DNA from: Squalus acanthias
Taxonomy: Eukaryota
NCBI GenBank assembly: GCA_030390025.1
Contig: CM059431.1
Location: forward strand, 142,974,001-143,038,000
Length of the DNA: 64,000 nt
Direction: 5' to 3'
The translations under genes were made by a program, and so were the position numbers. The notes beneath the pieces are model-generated. The model ran no database searches and was not told the origin of the DNA. It worked only from the letters and a program-made list of their open reading frames with translations. Below, one piece after another: positions 37,951-50,360 of the stretch. The first letter of the stretch is position 1; each line of letters opens with the position of its first letter.

Positions 37951-40900
37951 AGGCCAACATACCATTTGCCTTCCTAACTGCTTGATGCACCTGCATGTTT
38001 TCTTTCAGTGTCTGGTGTACAAGGACACCCAGGCCCCTTTGTACATCAACATTTCTCAATCTATCACCATTTTAATAATACTCTATCTTTCTGTTTTTCC
38101 TACCGAAGTGGATAACTTCAAAATTATCCACGTTATACTGCATCTGCCATGTATTTGCCCACTCACTCAACTTGTCTAAATCGCCTTGAAGCCTCTTTGC
38201 ATCCTCCTCACTACTCACAATCCCACCTAGTTTCGTGTCGTCAGCAAATTGGAAATATTACATTTGATTCCATCATCCAAATCTTTAATATATATTGTGA
38301 ATAGCTGGGCCCCAAGCACTGATCCCTGCGGTACCCCACTAATCACCGCCTGCCAACCCGGAAAATAACCAATTATTCCTACTCTCTGTTTCCTGTCTGT
38401 TAACCAATTTTCAATCCATGTCAGAATATTACCCCCAATCCCATGTGCTTTAATTTTGCACACTCACCTCTTATGTGGAACTTTATGAAAGGCCTTCTGA
38501 AAATCCAAATACACCACATCCACTGGTTCTCCCTTATCTATTCTACCAGTTACATCCTCCAAAAACTCCAGTAGGTTTGTCATACACGATTTCCCTTTCA
38601 TAAATCCATTTTGACTTTGTCCAATTCCCTTGATATTTTGTCCTTAGTGTCCTGTTATCACATCCTTTATAATAGACTCTAGCATTTTCCTACTGCTGAT
38701 GTTATGCTAACCCATCTGTACTTCCCTGTTTTTACTCTCCCTCCTTTTTTACATAGTGGGGTTACATTTCCAATCTGCAGGAACTGTTCCACAATTTATA
38801 GAATTTGGGAAGGTGACAAACAATGCATCCACTGTTTCCAAGGTTACCTCTTTTATTACTCTGGGATGCAGATTATCAGATCCTGGGGATTTATCTGATT
38901 TCAGTCCAATTAATTTCTCCAGCACTATTTTTTTACTAATACTAATTTCCTTTAATTCCTCCTTCGCCGTAGACCCATAGTTCCATAGCATTTATGGGAA
39001 GTTATTTGCTTCCTCTTCTGTGATGACAGAACCAAAGCATTTGATTTATTTCTTCGCCATTTCCGTATACCCCATTATAAATTCTCCCGATTCTGACTGT
39101 AAGGGACCTACATTTGTCTTCACTAAGCTTTTTCTTTTTACATACTTGTAGAACCTTTTACAGTCCGGTTTTATGTTTCTTGCAAGTTTACTCTCATACT
39201 CTATTTTTCCCCTCTTAATCAATCTCTTGGTTCATATTTGCTGAACTCTAAACTGCTCCCAATCCTCAGGCTTGCTACTTTTTGTGGCATCTTTATTTGA
39301 CTCCTCTTTGGATCTAATAATATCTTTAATGTCTTGTGTTTTCCTTTTGTGTTTTTGCGCCAGAAAGGAATGTATAACTGTTGCAATTCAGGCATTTGTT
39401 CCTTAAATGTTAGCTATTGCCTATCCACCATCATGTTTTTTTAATGAAGCTCCCCAATTTATCATTGCCAACTCACTCCTCATACCTTCGTAGTTTCCTT
39501 TTGTTTAGATTTCGGACCCTAGTTTCGGATTGGACTTCTTCACTTTCCATCTTAATGATGAATTCTATCATGTCATGGTCACTCTTCCCTAAAGGATCCC
39601 GCAGAACAAGATTATTAATTCACCCCTTCTCTTTACACAATACCCAATATTTGATAGCCTGTTCCCTAGTTGGCTCCTTAACGTACTGGTCTGAAAAACC
39701 ATCTCGTACACACTCCAGGAATTCATCCTCCACAGTATTATTGCTAATTTGTTTTGGCCTGTCTATATGTAGATTAATGTCGCCCATGTTTATTGCAGTA
39801 CCCTTGTTACATCAATCTCTAATTTCCTGTTTGATGCCATCCCCTTCATTGCCACTACTATGTGGAGGATTATAGACAACTCCTACCAATGTTTTCTGCC
39901 CCTTGGTGCTTCTTTGCTCCATTTTGACTGATTCTACATCTTGTTTTTCTGAGCCGGTATCCTTTCTCATTATTGCTCTAATTGCATCCTTTACTAACAA
40001 CGCCACCAACCTTCTTTTCCTTTTTGCCTGTCCTTCCTAAATATCGAATATCCTTGTTCACCCTGCAGCCATGTTGCCATAATCGTAATTATATCGTGCC
40101 CGTTTACATCGATTAGCACTGTTAATTAATTTACCTTATTACAAATCCTTCGTGCATTCAGATACGGTGCCTTTAGAATTGTCTGAACATTTTTAGACAT
40201 CTTAACATTTTTTTGTGCTATGGCCCTATTTGTCTTATTACTATTTTTCTTACCCGGACACTATTTGTAAATGCACTCCTTTGTTTGTACGCTATGTCCC
40301 TTCGTGACACAATCTGGTTATCCATACCCCAATCGCTGTCCTGCACTGCTTCCTTGTTTTTTCTCTTTAGCATCCTAGATTTCTCTCCACCAGGACCCGT
40401 CCCCCACCCTTATTTAGTTTAAAGCCCTATCTACCTCCCTAGTTATTCGATTCGCTGGAGCTCTGGTCCCAGCATGGTTCAGGTGTAGTCCGTCCCAATG
40501 GAACAGTTCTCTCTTTCCCCAGTACTAGTGCCAGTGCCCCACAAATCGAAAACCCCTTCTCCCACACCAATCTTCACGCCTCAAATTCAGCTCCCTGATC
40601 CTATGACAATTTGCTCGTGGCTCCGGTAATAATCCAGAGATTATGACCTTTGTGGTTCTGCATTTTAATTTAATCCCTAGCTGCTCAACTCTCCTTGCAG
40701 AACCTCTTTATTTGTCCTTCCTATGTCGTTGGTAGCTACGTGGACCACGACAACTTGATCCTCCCCTCCCACTCCAAGTTCTTCTTCAGCCGGGTGGAGA
40801 CGTCTTTTACCCTGGCACAGAGTAGGCAAGGTAGCCTTCGGGACTCACGCTCCTGGCTGCAGAGAACAGTGTCTATCCCCCTAACTTTACCGTTGCCTAC

Positions 40901-41260
40901 TGCAACCACCTTCCTTTTTACTCCCCGCACTTGCACGGCTTCCTGGACTACGGTGCAGTGTTCGGCATGATCGTCCTCCCCGCAGTCCCTGCATTTGTCC
41001 ACAAGGGTTGCAAGAACCTCGAATCTATTGGACAAGTGCAGGGACTGAGGCTCCTGCAATACTACCTCCTGGATCCCGTACCTGCCTCACGTGCAGTCAC
41101 ACCCTCCTGCCCCTGACCACGTGTCAATTCTAAAGTATTTAATCTGAGGGGTGTGGCTGCCTCCCTCGCTGATGTCTCGCAATGTCTGGAGCTCAGACTC
41201 CAGCTCCTCAACTCGGAGCCGGATTTCCTCGAGCCGCAGACACTTAACGCCGATGTAGTC
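37951..41260 (-). mobile_element. CR1 LINE with ORF1 (esterase-like) remnant, APE and RT; 3' end missing
   Basis: ORF 40736..41059 (LSNRFEVLAT, VVAVGNGKVRGID, RVKDV) fits the CR1 ORF1 SGNH/GDSL esterase. ORF 39812..40009 is APE; ORFs 38749..38991 and 38227..38463 are RT. Confidence 0.88.
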
Positions 41261-41279
41261 ACGTGCAGCCAGTGCCAGG

Positions 41280-41845
41280 TCTCAGCAAGAGCATTTCAGC
41301 TGGTCCCCCTCCCTAGCCCTTTCCCCGTAGCCCTGCATTTTTTTCTCCTTCAGGTACTTCCCCAATTCCATTTTGAAAGCCATGATTGAATCTGCCTCAA
41401 CCACCCTCTCAGACAGTGAATTCCACATCCTAAACAGTCGCTGCGTTAAAAAATTTGTTTTTCTCATGTCGCCTTTGGTTCTCCTGCCAATCACCTTAAA
41501 TCTGTGTCCTCTGGTTCTCGACCCTTCCGGCAATGGGACAGTTTCTCTCTATCTACACTGGCTAGTCCCCTCGTGAATTTGAACACCTCTATCAAGTCAA
41601 CTCTCAAATTTCACTGCTTTATGGAGAACAACCCCAGCTTCTCCAATCTATCACGTAACTGAAGTCCCTGATCCCTGGAACCAAATTTGCGAATCTTTTC
41701 TGCAACCTCTCTGAGGCCTTCACATCCTTCCTAAATTGAAGTGCCCACAAATGCATACACTATTGCAGTTGAGGCCGAACCAGTATTTTATTAGTAACAT
41801 CATAATTTCCTGGCTTTTGTAGTCTGTGCCACTATTTATGAATGT
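41280..41845 (-). mobile_element. CR1 3' fragment
   Basis: ORF 41282..41533 (SRTRGHRFKVIGRRTKGDMRK...FLTQRLFRMWNSL). Confidence 0.85.
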
Positions 41846-41846
41846 G

Positions 41847-42963
41847 AGACGTCGCACAACAACAGGTTATAGTTCAACAGTTTTATTTGAAATCACAAGC
41901 TTTCGGAGCGCTGCTCCTTCGTCAGGTGAAGTGAAGAGATGTATATAGGCACAGCATATATTGAGAGGTCGCACAACACCAGGTTATAGTCCAACAGTTT
42001 TATTTGAAATCACAAGCTTTCGGAACTATCGCTCCTTCCTCAGCATATATAGTCAGGGAACATTGTCAGATGATTACAGTTAATCTTTCTAACTGCCCTT
42101 TATCACACCTCGGCAGAGAGATAATCACGGCAATCAAAGGTGTGCATGGTGTCCAAACAGATCAGTCAGGAAAACATTACATCAAAGACAATGAGGTGGT
42201 GTCACCAGGGGTCAAATGTGGCAGATGATGGGGTCTGTATGGAAAACAAAAAACTTTTTTTGCTGGAAATCACAGCAGGTCCGGCCGCATCTGTGTATTG
42301 AGAACAAGCCAACGACGACTCGAGTCTGGATGACTCTACGTCAGGTGGGGTTACATGTAGCGTGACATGAACCCAAGATCCCGGTTGAGGCCGTCCTCAT
42401 GGGTGCAGTACTTGACTATCAGTTTCTGCTCGACGATTTTGCGTTGTCGTGTGTCTCGAAGGCCGCCTTGGAGAATGCTTACCCGAAGATCGGAGGCTGA
42501 ATGTCCTCGACTGCTGAAGTGTTTCCCGACTGGGAGGGAACACTACTACCTGGCAATTGTTGCACGGTGTCCATTCATACGTTGTCGCAGTGTCTACATG
42601 TTCTCTTCAATATACCATGCTCCGGGGCATCATTTCCTGCAACGTATGAGGTAGACAACGTTGGCTGAGTCACATGAGTATGTACCATGTACCTGGTGGG
42701 TGATGTCCTCACGTGTGATGATGGTATCTGTGTTGATGATCTGGCATGTCTTGCAGAGGTTGCCGTGGCAGGGATGTGTGGTGTAGTTTCGCTGTTCACT
42801 TGAAAGCTGGGTAATTTGCTGCGAACGATGGTCTGTTTGAAGTTAGGCGGCTGTTTGAAGGCGAGTAGTGGAGGCGTGGGGATGGACTTAGCGAGGTGTT
42901 CATCGTCATCGATGACATGTTGAAGGCTACGATGAACATGGCGTAGTTTCTCCACTCCGGAAG
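41847..42963 (-). mobile_element. Second Penelope-like element: GIY-YIG end plus duplicated terminal repeat
   Basis: The - strand gives PPLLAFKQPPNFKQTIVRSKL, then PCHGNLCKTC...NVVYLIRC...WYIEE...LRQRMNGHR...GLNRDLGF. A direct repeat of about 80 bp lies at about 41847-41925 and 41964-42043. Confidence 0.88.
41893..41929 (-). ncRNA. Minimal type-I hammerhead ribozyme motif in the PLE terminal repeat
   Basis: The - strand reads tcac-CTGACGA-a-ggagc-agc-gctcc-GAAA-gc-TT-gtga: intact core boxes, 5-bp stem II, 4-bp stem I, and stem III replaced by the palindrome AAGCTT. Confidence 0.75.
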
Positions 42964-43520
42964 CTCATGATCCCGCATGCCTTTGTAACCGTTTTCTCAA
43001 CCTGCCCTGCCACCTTCAATGATTTGTGCCCCATCTCTCTCTGTTCACGCACCGCCTTTAGAATTGCACCCTTTAGTTTGTATTGCCTCTCCTCGTGCTT
43101 CCCAACAAAATGTATCACTTTGCACTTTTCTATGTTAAGTTTCATCTGCCACGTGTCCGCCCATTCTACCAGCCTGTCTATGTCTTCTTGAAGTTTATCA
43201 CTATCCTCCTCACTGTTCACTATATTTCCAATTTTTGTTTTATCTGCAAATTTTGAAATTGCGCCCTGCATACAAAATTCCAATTCATTAATATATATTA
43301 AGAAAAGTAATGGTACTAATACCGACCACAGGGGAACATCACTATATACCTACCTCCAGTCCGAAAAACAACCATTCACCACTACCGTCTGTTTCCTGTT
43401 ACTTAACCAATTTCGTATCCATGCTGCCACTTTCCCTTTTATTCCATGGGCTTCAACTTTGCTGGCAACCGTATTATGTGACACTTTATCAAACGCCTTG
43501 TGGAAGTCCATGTAAACCAC
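42964..43520 (-). mobile_element. CR1 RT fragment
   Basis: ORFs 43350..43598 (VYMDFHKAFDKVSH) and 42927..43283 (ISKFADKTKIG). Confidence 0.88.
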
Positions 43521-43989
43521 ATGGAGCAAAAATCGTACGTTCACGCTATTGGGGGTATTATATAGGACTCCAAAAAGTCCTGCAGTCAGATTCCCCATGA
43601 CATATTTAGTAACAACACATAAAGAACTTTATTTTAATCTTGCTGGCCACAGCTCAATTATTTTTCATTAATTGCGACCTCAGAAAAAAAGAAGGTAAAA
43701 CGATGCAAGTACAGGCCATCAATATAAAATAGTCACCAAGAAATCCAACAGGGAATTCAAAAGATACGTCTTTACCCAAAGAGCGGTGAGAATGTGGAAC
43801 TCGCTGCCACAGGGAGTGGCTGAAGCTAATGCATTTAAGGGAAGGCTGGACAAGCATATGAGGGTAAAGGGAATAGAGGGTAATGCTGATAGAGTTAGAG
43901 GACAGAGCGGAGGAGGCTCGAGTGGAGCATAAACGCCGGCTTGGACTGGTTGGGCCGAATAGCCTGTTTCTTTGCTGTATATCCTATAT

Positions 43990-44625
43990 AACTGTAGGGG
44001 TCACACTAGTACCAGAGGAGAACGGTCACCTCTTGTGCGAGAGTAGGGTATCACCATTACCAGAGAAGCAGGATCACTGCTGGTGTAAGTATAGGGAACC
44101 AGTAGTACTGGACGAGCATGTTCACCACTAGTGTAAATGTTGGACACCATAAATACTGGAGGAGCACGCTCAGCTCTTCTGGGAATGAAGTGTTATCACT
44201 AGTAACAAAGGAGCTCGATCACATGGAGTGTAATTGTAGGTCACTACTTGTAGCAGAGGAGTAGGTCATTCTCGTGTAATTGTAGCATACCAGTAGTACC
44301 GGAGGATTTCGGAAACCCCTAGTGTTAGTTTATCGCAATCACTAGTACCGGAGGTGCAGGATGAATTCTACTGTAAGTGTAGGGCAGCACCAATACAGGA
44401 GGAACACGGTCAGCTCGAGTGTAAGTGTAGGGTTATTACTAGTACCTGCAGCCGTTCAAGGCAGCTCACCACCACTTACTCAAGGACAATTAGGGATGGG
44501 CAATATATGCTGGCCTTGCCAGTGACGCCCACATCCCAGGAACGAATCAAAAATTATCAGAGGAAAATGGTCACCTCTAGAGTAAGTGCAGAGTAGCACT
44601 GAGACTTGAGGACCACGGTCACCGT
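43990..44625 (+). repeat. Decayed tandem repeat of about 50 bp immediately upstream of the GPCR start
   Basis: Recurring gtaagtgtaggg..cac.agtaccggaggagcacggtcacc units, interrupted by a family B tail fragment at about 44445-44555. Confidence 0.65.
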
Positions 44626-44674
44626 GCGTCAGTCAGAGTCTTTCAGCTCCGACAGAATTCATCCATTTCAGAAA

Positions 44675-46749
44675 ATGGGGCAAATAATTATTGTGCTGAT
44701 CAAAGACATTTACTACCCGATTCTCGCAGCCATCGGTGTCCCTGGTGAGCCATTGTATCGTGTTTGTTGTTAATCGGTGTTACATAGTTCACTGTTCTTA
44801 CCGCATTTTGAATAATGTAATGTGTTTCTCGGTTGTTGGCATTGCATAGTCTGTAGTTACCTGCACCAACACGTGAATAGTGTGTCCGAATTTTCTATGT
44901 TTACCTTAGTCTGATCATGTTAATGTTGTTACAATGTTCTTTGAAGATGTAACACAAGGATTTTAACCAAATCCAGGACCGTCTTGTCTCAGAGTGAGCG
45001 CTGCAGCAGCTCATTAAAATGTGTGGGTGGGTTTCCCTGGTAATGGCTCCAATACTAATCCGGTTATTACATTGCCCCGTGTCCATAATCAAACTGAATG
45101 GAGTAAAGTGCTCTCAGCAGGGATCTCCATATATATTTCAAGCAGATACCGGAGCATCTGTCCAGAAGTTATTATCCTGGCGCCTGCCGTGGGTTAGACT
45201 TGTCCATGCCTTGTTTAACTTCCCTGAGCTTTTGCTCAAGAAGGTACAATAAATTTGAGATCGAAAGTGCGCAGCGCCCTCTAAAGAGCGTCTGAGACCT
45301 GTGTGAACAGGGCAAGCAAAGGCATCTCTCCCTAACCAATCAGATTGAAGAATTGTTAATAACGGTAAAGGGTCTGAATTTAGAATAATGAATTCAACGA
45401 TAAATCAGGTACAAAAATTCGATTAAAAAATCCAACAACAAAAGCTGAAGAACTGGGACTCCATACTTGTAAAAAATTATGCTTATGTGCCAGAGAGTTT
45501 GCTTGGCCGCATTGGAGATTTTTCACGCCTTTAAAATGGGTACTTAAACTGAAATGGTCAAGCCCTAATTTTCTGTGGCGAGTTGAGTTCATATCTACGA
45601 TGCTCGAACGGGAAATTCACGCCGCTGCATACCGACATGCCGTTTTACGGATGCTAATGACGGAGCGGCGCATCTCAGACAACAACTTCCGGATTTGGGG
45701 TTTAGCCACTTATCTGCCCTGGCTTGAAGTTGCTGTGCGATTTGCACATAAATAACGGTGACCGCTGTTAGCCTCGCCGTTATTTTATGAGTAAATTCTG
45801 ACCCACAATTTCTCTTCTCTTTCTTACAGCGAACTTGATGACGATTGTGATTCTGTCCAGGGGAAACTCAGGCCTTTCCAAATGCATCTCTATCTACATG
45901 GTGGCCATGGCAACAGCAGATCTACTGGTCATGATCCTCAATGTAATAGTGTACCATATTTTCAGCTCTCACTTTCCACTTTCCTTCCTGTCCCACACTC
46001 CCTTGTGTAAGTTGAATCTGTACCTGGCTGCTATCGCTCTCGATTCCTCTGTTTGGTTCACAGTCGCCTTCACATTTGACCGTTTTGTAGTTATCAGCTG
46101 CCACAAGTTTAAAACAATGTATTGCACCGCGAGCAGTGCGGCCGCGATTATAACAACGGGCTGCGTCCTGATCTGCTTAAAGGACATCCCCGTTTTATTT
46201 GCATTTGAACCTGAACAAATAATTAACAATGTGCAGTGGGTTTGCCGGTCAAGTGTGGCATTTTTTTACTCACCTCCAGGTGCAGCGTACGTCTGGTTTC
46301 ACAGCGCCTGCATAGTTTGGCTTCCTTTTACTTTAATCGCCTTGTTTAACTATTTGACAATCAGACGTATTTTAGTGGCCAGCAGAAACCGCAGGGGACT
46401 CCGGGGTCACAGGAGTGAGAATCAGAGTGATCCAGAGATGGAGAACCGAAGGAAATCCATCATTTTACTTTTCACTATATCGGGCAGTTTTATATTGTTG
46501 TGGCTGACAGCTGCAGTGAGTTTCGTAACTACCAGAATGACAAACACCACTTATTACCGAGGCGATTGCACAGACCCTGGATATATCGGCATAGAAACCG
46601 GAGCCATGCTGAAGTATTTGAGTTCCTGTCCAAACACATGTTTTTATGCAGCGACCCAGAGGAAATTCAGAGAAGAGCTGAAGAATGTGCTGAAATCTCC
46701 CTGGGCACTGATTCTAAAATTGACTAAAAATAAATGTAAGCAGAACTAG
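44675..46749 (+). CDS. GPR139/GPR142-like class A GPCR, two exons (44675-44744 and 45830-46749), about 329 aa, intact
   Basis: Exon 1 MGQIIIVLIKDIYYPILAAIGVP ends G|GTGAG. A polypyrimidine tract ending ttcttacag precedes CG AAC, giving in-frame GVPANLMTIVIL (TM1). TM2 AMATADLLV, TM3 FTFDRF, TM5 WLPF, TM6 SFILLWL, TM7 NTCFY and helix 8 KFREEL are present, with no internal stops. Confidence 0.9.
45025..45804. mobile_element. Probable non-autonomous DNA transposon remnant in the GPCR intron
   Basis: Ends in a TIR-like gtaaattctgaccc and has local palindromes (ataacggtga...tcgccgttat; caacttc...gaagttg). The left end is uncertain. Confidence 0.4.
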
Positions 46750-48390
46750 AGCGCCCCTTGGAACATTATAATTCACTTCTAGCTCCTATTCCAGCTCAGA
46801 CTGGGGTTCTCGCTCCTCACAGCTGCACCAAGATGGTTCTTCTAAACATTAACAATTGCGCAATTATATAGAAACATAGAAACATAGAAGACAGGAGCAG
46901 GAGTAGGCGATTCGGCCCTCGAGCCAGCTGAATTGAACTCTGTCCAGCAAGATTAAAATAAAGTTTTCATGTGTTGTTACTAAATGTATCATGGGAATCT
47001 GTCTGCAATTAATCAGAATCAGCGACCTGATAAAGAGGTAATACGATGTAAGAATACAAAAAATTATAATCGGGGCATTTAAGGCAAGGATCAATACTCA
47101 GGACTCTCAGATATTGACATGGAATAACCCGCTGTGTGTGTCGGTGCACAGACAGTGCCGTGTAATACCCCGTCCTGTTTTAAGAACTGGTGCTGACTAG
47201 GTATCCCCAGTGCAAGGCGGTGTATTCGGAGCTCGGTCTGGCACCACTGGGGACCTGGGTTTGAGAGCGTTGATCAGTACAAAGGCATCAGATGAAGACC
47301 TGAGCCAATTACCTAGCATTATCTCTGCCCGCCAATTTCTGTGCCTCGGATGTAACAGTTTTCCAATTTAACCTGCAGTGTATGGGTTACAGATTGGAAG
47401 ATGTTTAGGAGAGGCTGCCGCAGGGAGAGGTTAAATCCACCTTTCACACTGCAGGATGTCTACTATCAACAGAAGAGATGTATCTGATTCTCCACTGTTC
47501 TATTCAATACACCTGGTTACTCATAGAAAACAGCCAGCGCCGTGTCAGCTCGACCTTGACAGGCCTTCTGTGATTGATGGGCAGCGCAGATATTGATTGC
47601 TCTGTCAGTATCACTTTAATTTAAGTTGAATGGTTTACATGTGGTTTATTTTGGACAGACGCTTTGTATTTTTAGCGCGGTGCCTTCCATCTATCGGATG
47701 TCTTTAGTTCTATGGCTGACAATGTTATCCACCCATGACCGGAATTTCTCACAAAACACAAGGTGGAGGGGGGAGGCGACGGGGCGGTGGTAGTTCAGAT
47801 TACAGCTCTTGCACTGCCTATCTAGAAAGGGTTAGGGCCCATCAGAAGAGCAGTAATTGAGTTCGGAGTCTGTTAAATAGTTCCTAATTGTTATACGATT
47901 TGGCCTTGGATTGTATCTCTAATCTTCCGCTGTCCTGGTCCGTATTGATCCCTCAACACATAGGGCCGCATTTTCCACTCGGAGGCTGCCCGCATCGACC
48001 TTAATGCTCTGGGTCCACGAATATTTGCACTTTCATCCTGATGATTCCAAGGCAGCGTATGATGTCACGCCGCCCAGTAGCGCAGCTTGCGCGCAGCCTC
48101 GGGCTTCGATCGTAGGGGAGACCCGCCCACAAGACCTGTCAAAATTTATATTTGCCTAGGCCGCGCCGCCGATTTTTTAACTCTCCAGAGGCGATCAACA
48201 CTGAAGGTAGCTGTAAATCTCAATGGCAAGTTCTTTCTTCAGAGTTTTTTAAAAACGTTTGTAAACTTATAGAAACGTTTAAAGACTTTCACATGGATTT
48301 AAAGAATCTCAAATTGTTTTAAGACGATTTCAAGCAATCTAAAGTGTTTTTAAAGCCCTGAAAACTATTTCATTAATTTTAATTAATCAG

Positions 48391-50030
48391 CAAAATGAAG
48401 TGGAAGGACTGAGCACAATTCGCATGATTAAGAGAGCTCAGAATTTCACTGACGATGACATCAGCACACTCCTCAATGAGGTTGAGGCGAAGCGCCCGCG
48501 GACCATTAGGAATGAGAAGTCCAGGGCGTCGCGCAAAGGACAGATGACAGCTTTGACAGAAGTTGCCCAGGCTGTCAGTGCGAAGTCCACCGTTCCACAG
48601 ACAGGGGATCAATTCCGCAAAAAAAAATAATGATTTGATGCGATCTGCCAAGGTTTGTACAGTTATTAGCAAAGTCAACTGTAACATTTCTTTAAATTTA
48701 ACTGAACTATTGTTGTAAAGCTCTTAGATGCATGGATGTTGTAAACTGACTTCATTATATCGAGGCAACTGAGCTTGTCTTAAAATGTTATGGCTTTGGA
48801 GCCTGCTCAGGCTCATCCATAGTTCTCTTATCTTTACTCGACAGTTTTGAGTTATACAATTTCAATTTGTGAGTGAAAAAAAACCCTGTCTCCAAAGCAG
48901 CATGTGGTGCTGTCTCAAAGGCAGGAGGGTGGTCTCTGCAGAAAAAAAACTGCAGTTTCATGACGTTTAATTTTTTTTGTTTTCATTTCAGAGTAAAATT
49001 GTTTACAACGCCAGAGTACGTGCATTGACAGGCGGTAGTGTTGTCACGCTAAGGGATTTATCGGAGCTTGAGGAAAGGATCGAGCAGTTGCTTGGAATCA
49101 GTAGCGGCTGTTCAGTGCCTGCTGCCCAATCAGACATTGGGATAAGGAAAGGTGAGTTGGTCTGGCCAGCTATATGTTTAAAAATGTTAGGTGTGTGTTG
49201 AATATCAGATTCTGTGATGTGGCAGATCATGATTTACCTTGACAATGTTTACTGTTTCATTCCCACAGGGGGACAGCATCCTTCTCACACATGGAATGAA
49301 CAGTGCGTTGAGTCTGCGGCCGCAGAAGGCATTGGGGAACGGGTTACAGATGCAGTGGGAACAGTAAGTGAGGTGGAGGAGGAGGAGGAGGAATTTGCGA
49401 TGTATCAGCTAGTGGAAGGGGGGGCGGGGTGTGGACACTTGGTGGCTGCACAGTACCTTTCCATCTCTTGGCCCCTCTGGTTCTGTGCTAGGCACAGATG
49501 ACTGTCGTTGCACAACCAGACACCAACCTGATACTGCAGCACAGGTGGGAGAAGCAGAAAGACGTTCACCACAATGGAATGACATAGAAGCTCAGCTGCA
49601 ACAGATTGAAGGATTGAGGCAAGAGATGTGTACTCTTCATGAGAAGAAAGTTGACTCTCTTGCCTCTATCAGGCAGGGAATTGATGTTGTTGGTAAAGAT
49701 GTTACTATGGCGCTTAATCAGATAAATGAGTCTCTCGTTCGACTCTTGCTGCTGCTTGAATCAGATTCTGCTGCCACTACTTTGACTCCTGCAGAACCGG
49801 CCTTGCCTGCTCCCAGCGCAGAAACAGTGCAGGCCCACGAGACAGCGGCTCCGCCAGTCCTGATGCATGCAAACGTTGCCTTTCAGCAGCAGTGGCAGCA
49901 GCAGCAGCAGCAACAGCAGCAATCCTGTCACGAGGCAATTGCTGAAGGGCAAGAGATGGCACACAGGGGCCTTTCAATTTGCAGCAGAGGGCTCCGGTCA
50001 CGGGGAAGGGGAAAGCGCAGGAGACAGTAG
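48391..50030 (+). pseudogene. Harbinger Myb/SANT-like DNA-binding protein gene (exons 48391-48652, 48992-49151, 49269-50030), two frameshifts
   Basis: KRAQNFTDDDISTLLNEV...EVAQAVSA...TGDQFRKK[fs]NDLMRSAK|SKIVYNARVRALTGG...LSELEERIEQLLG, followed by an acidic tract, a predicted coiled coil, poly-Q and a basic RGRGKRRR end. Canonical GT-AG sites. Frameshifts lie in an A-run (48619-48627) and near a G-run (about 49418-49430). Confidence 0.82.
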
Positions 50031-50360
50031 GGTGTCACCTTTTGCACAATCCACATCCTTTGACCCTCAGGCACAGATGCGAGGGGGCAAATCATTCAAT
50101 TCTTTACTGTTTCGTTTTATTTAAATGTCAAATGTTGTTGCTTTTTATTGAAATATATATTTGTGACTGAAAGTGTATGTAATCGTTTCGTTTAAAAAGT
50201 ACAGCCTCTAGTCACTTTGAAAAATATTTCAACTTTTTAATTTGAAAAGTAATTTAACATTACATCTGCTTGAAAATTAGAAAATGGCTAGCTTCCATCT
50301 TGAATGTCTTTATTGCACTAAGAAACAAAAAAAGTAACTTTAAACTGTATATAAATTTTA

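Noticed and set aside
564..39875. Long antisense ORFs such as 564..1145, 9369..9857, 31374..32045 and 39417..39875 as novel genes
   Set aside because: They are opposite-strand shadows of CR1 ORF2 and recur in each CR1 copy.
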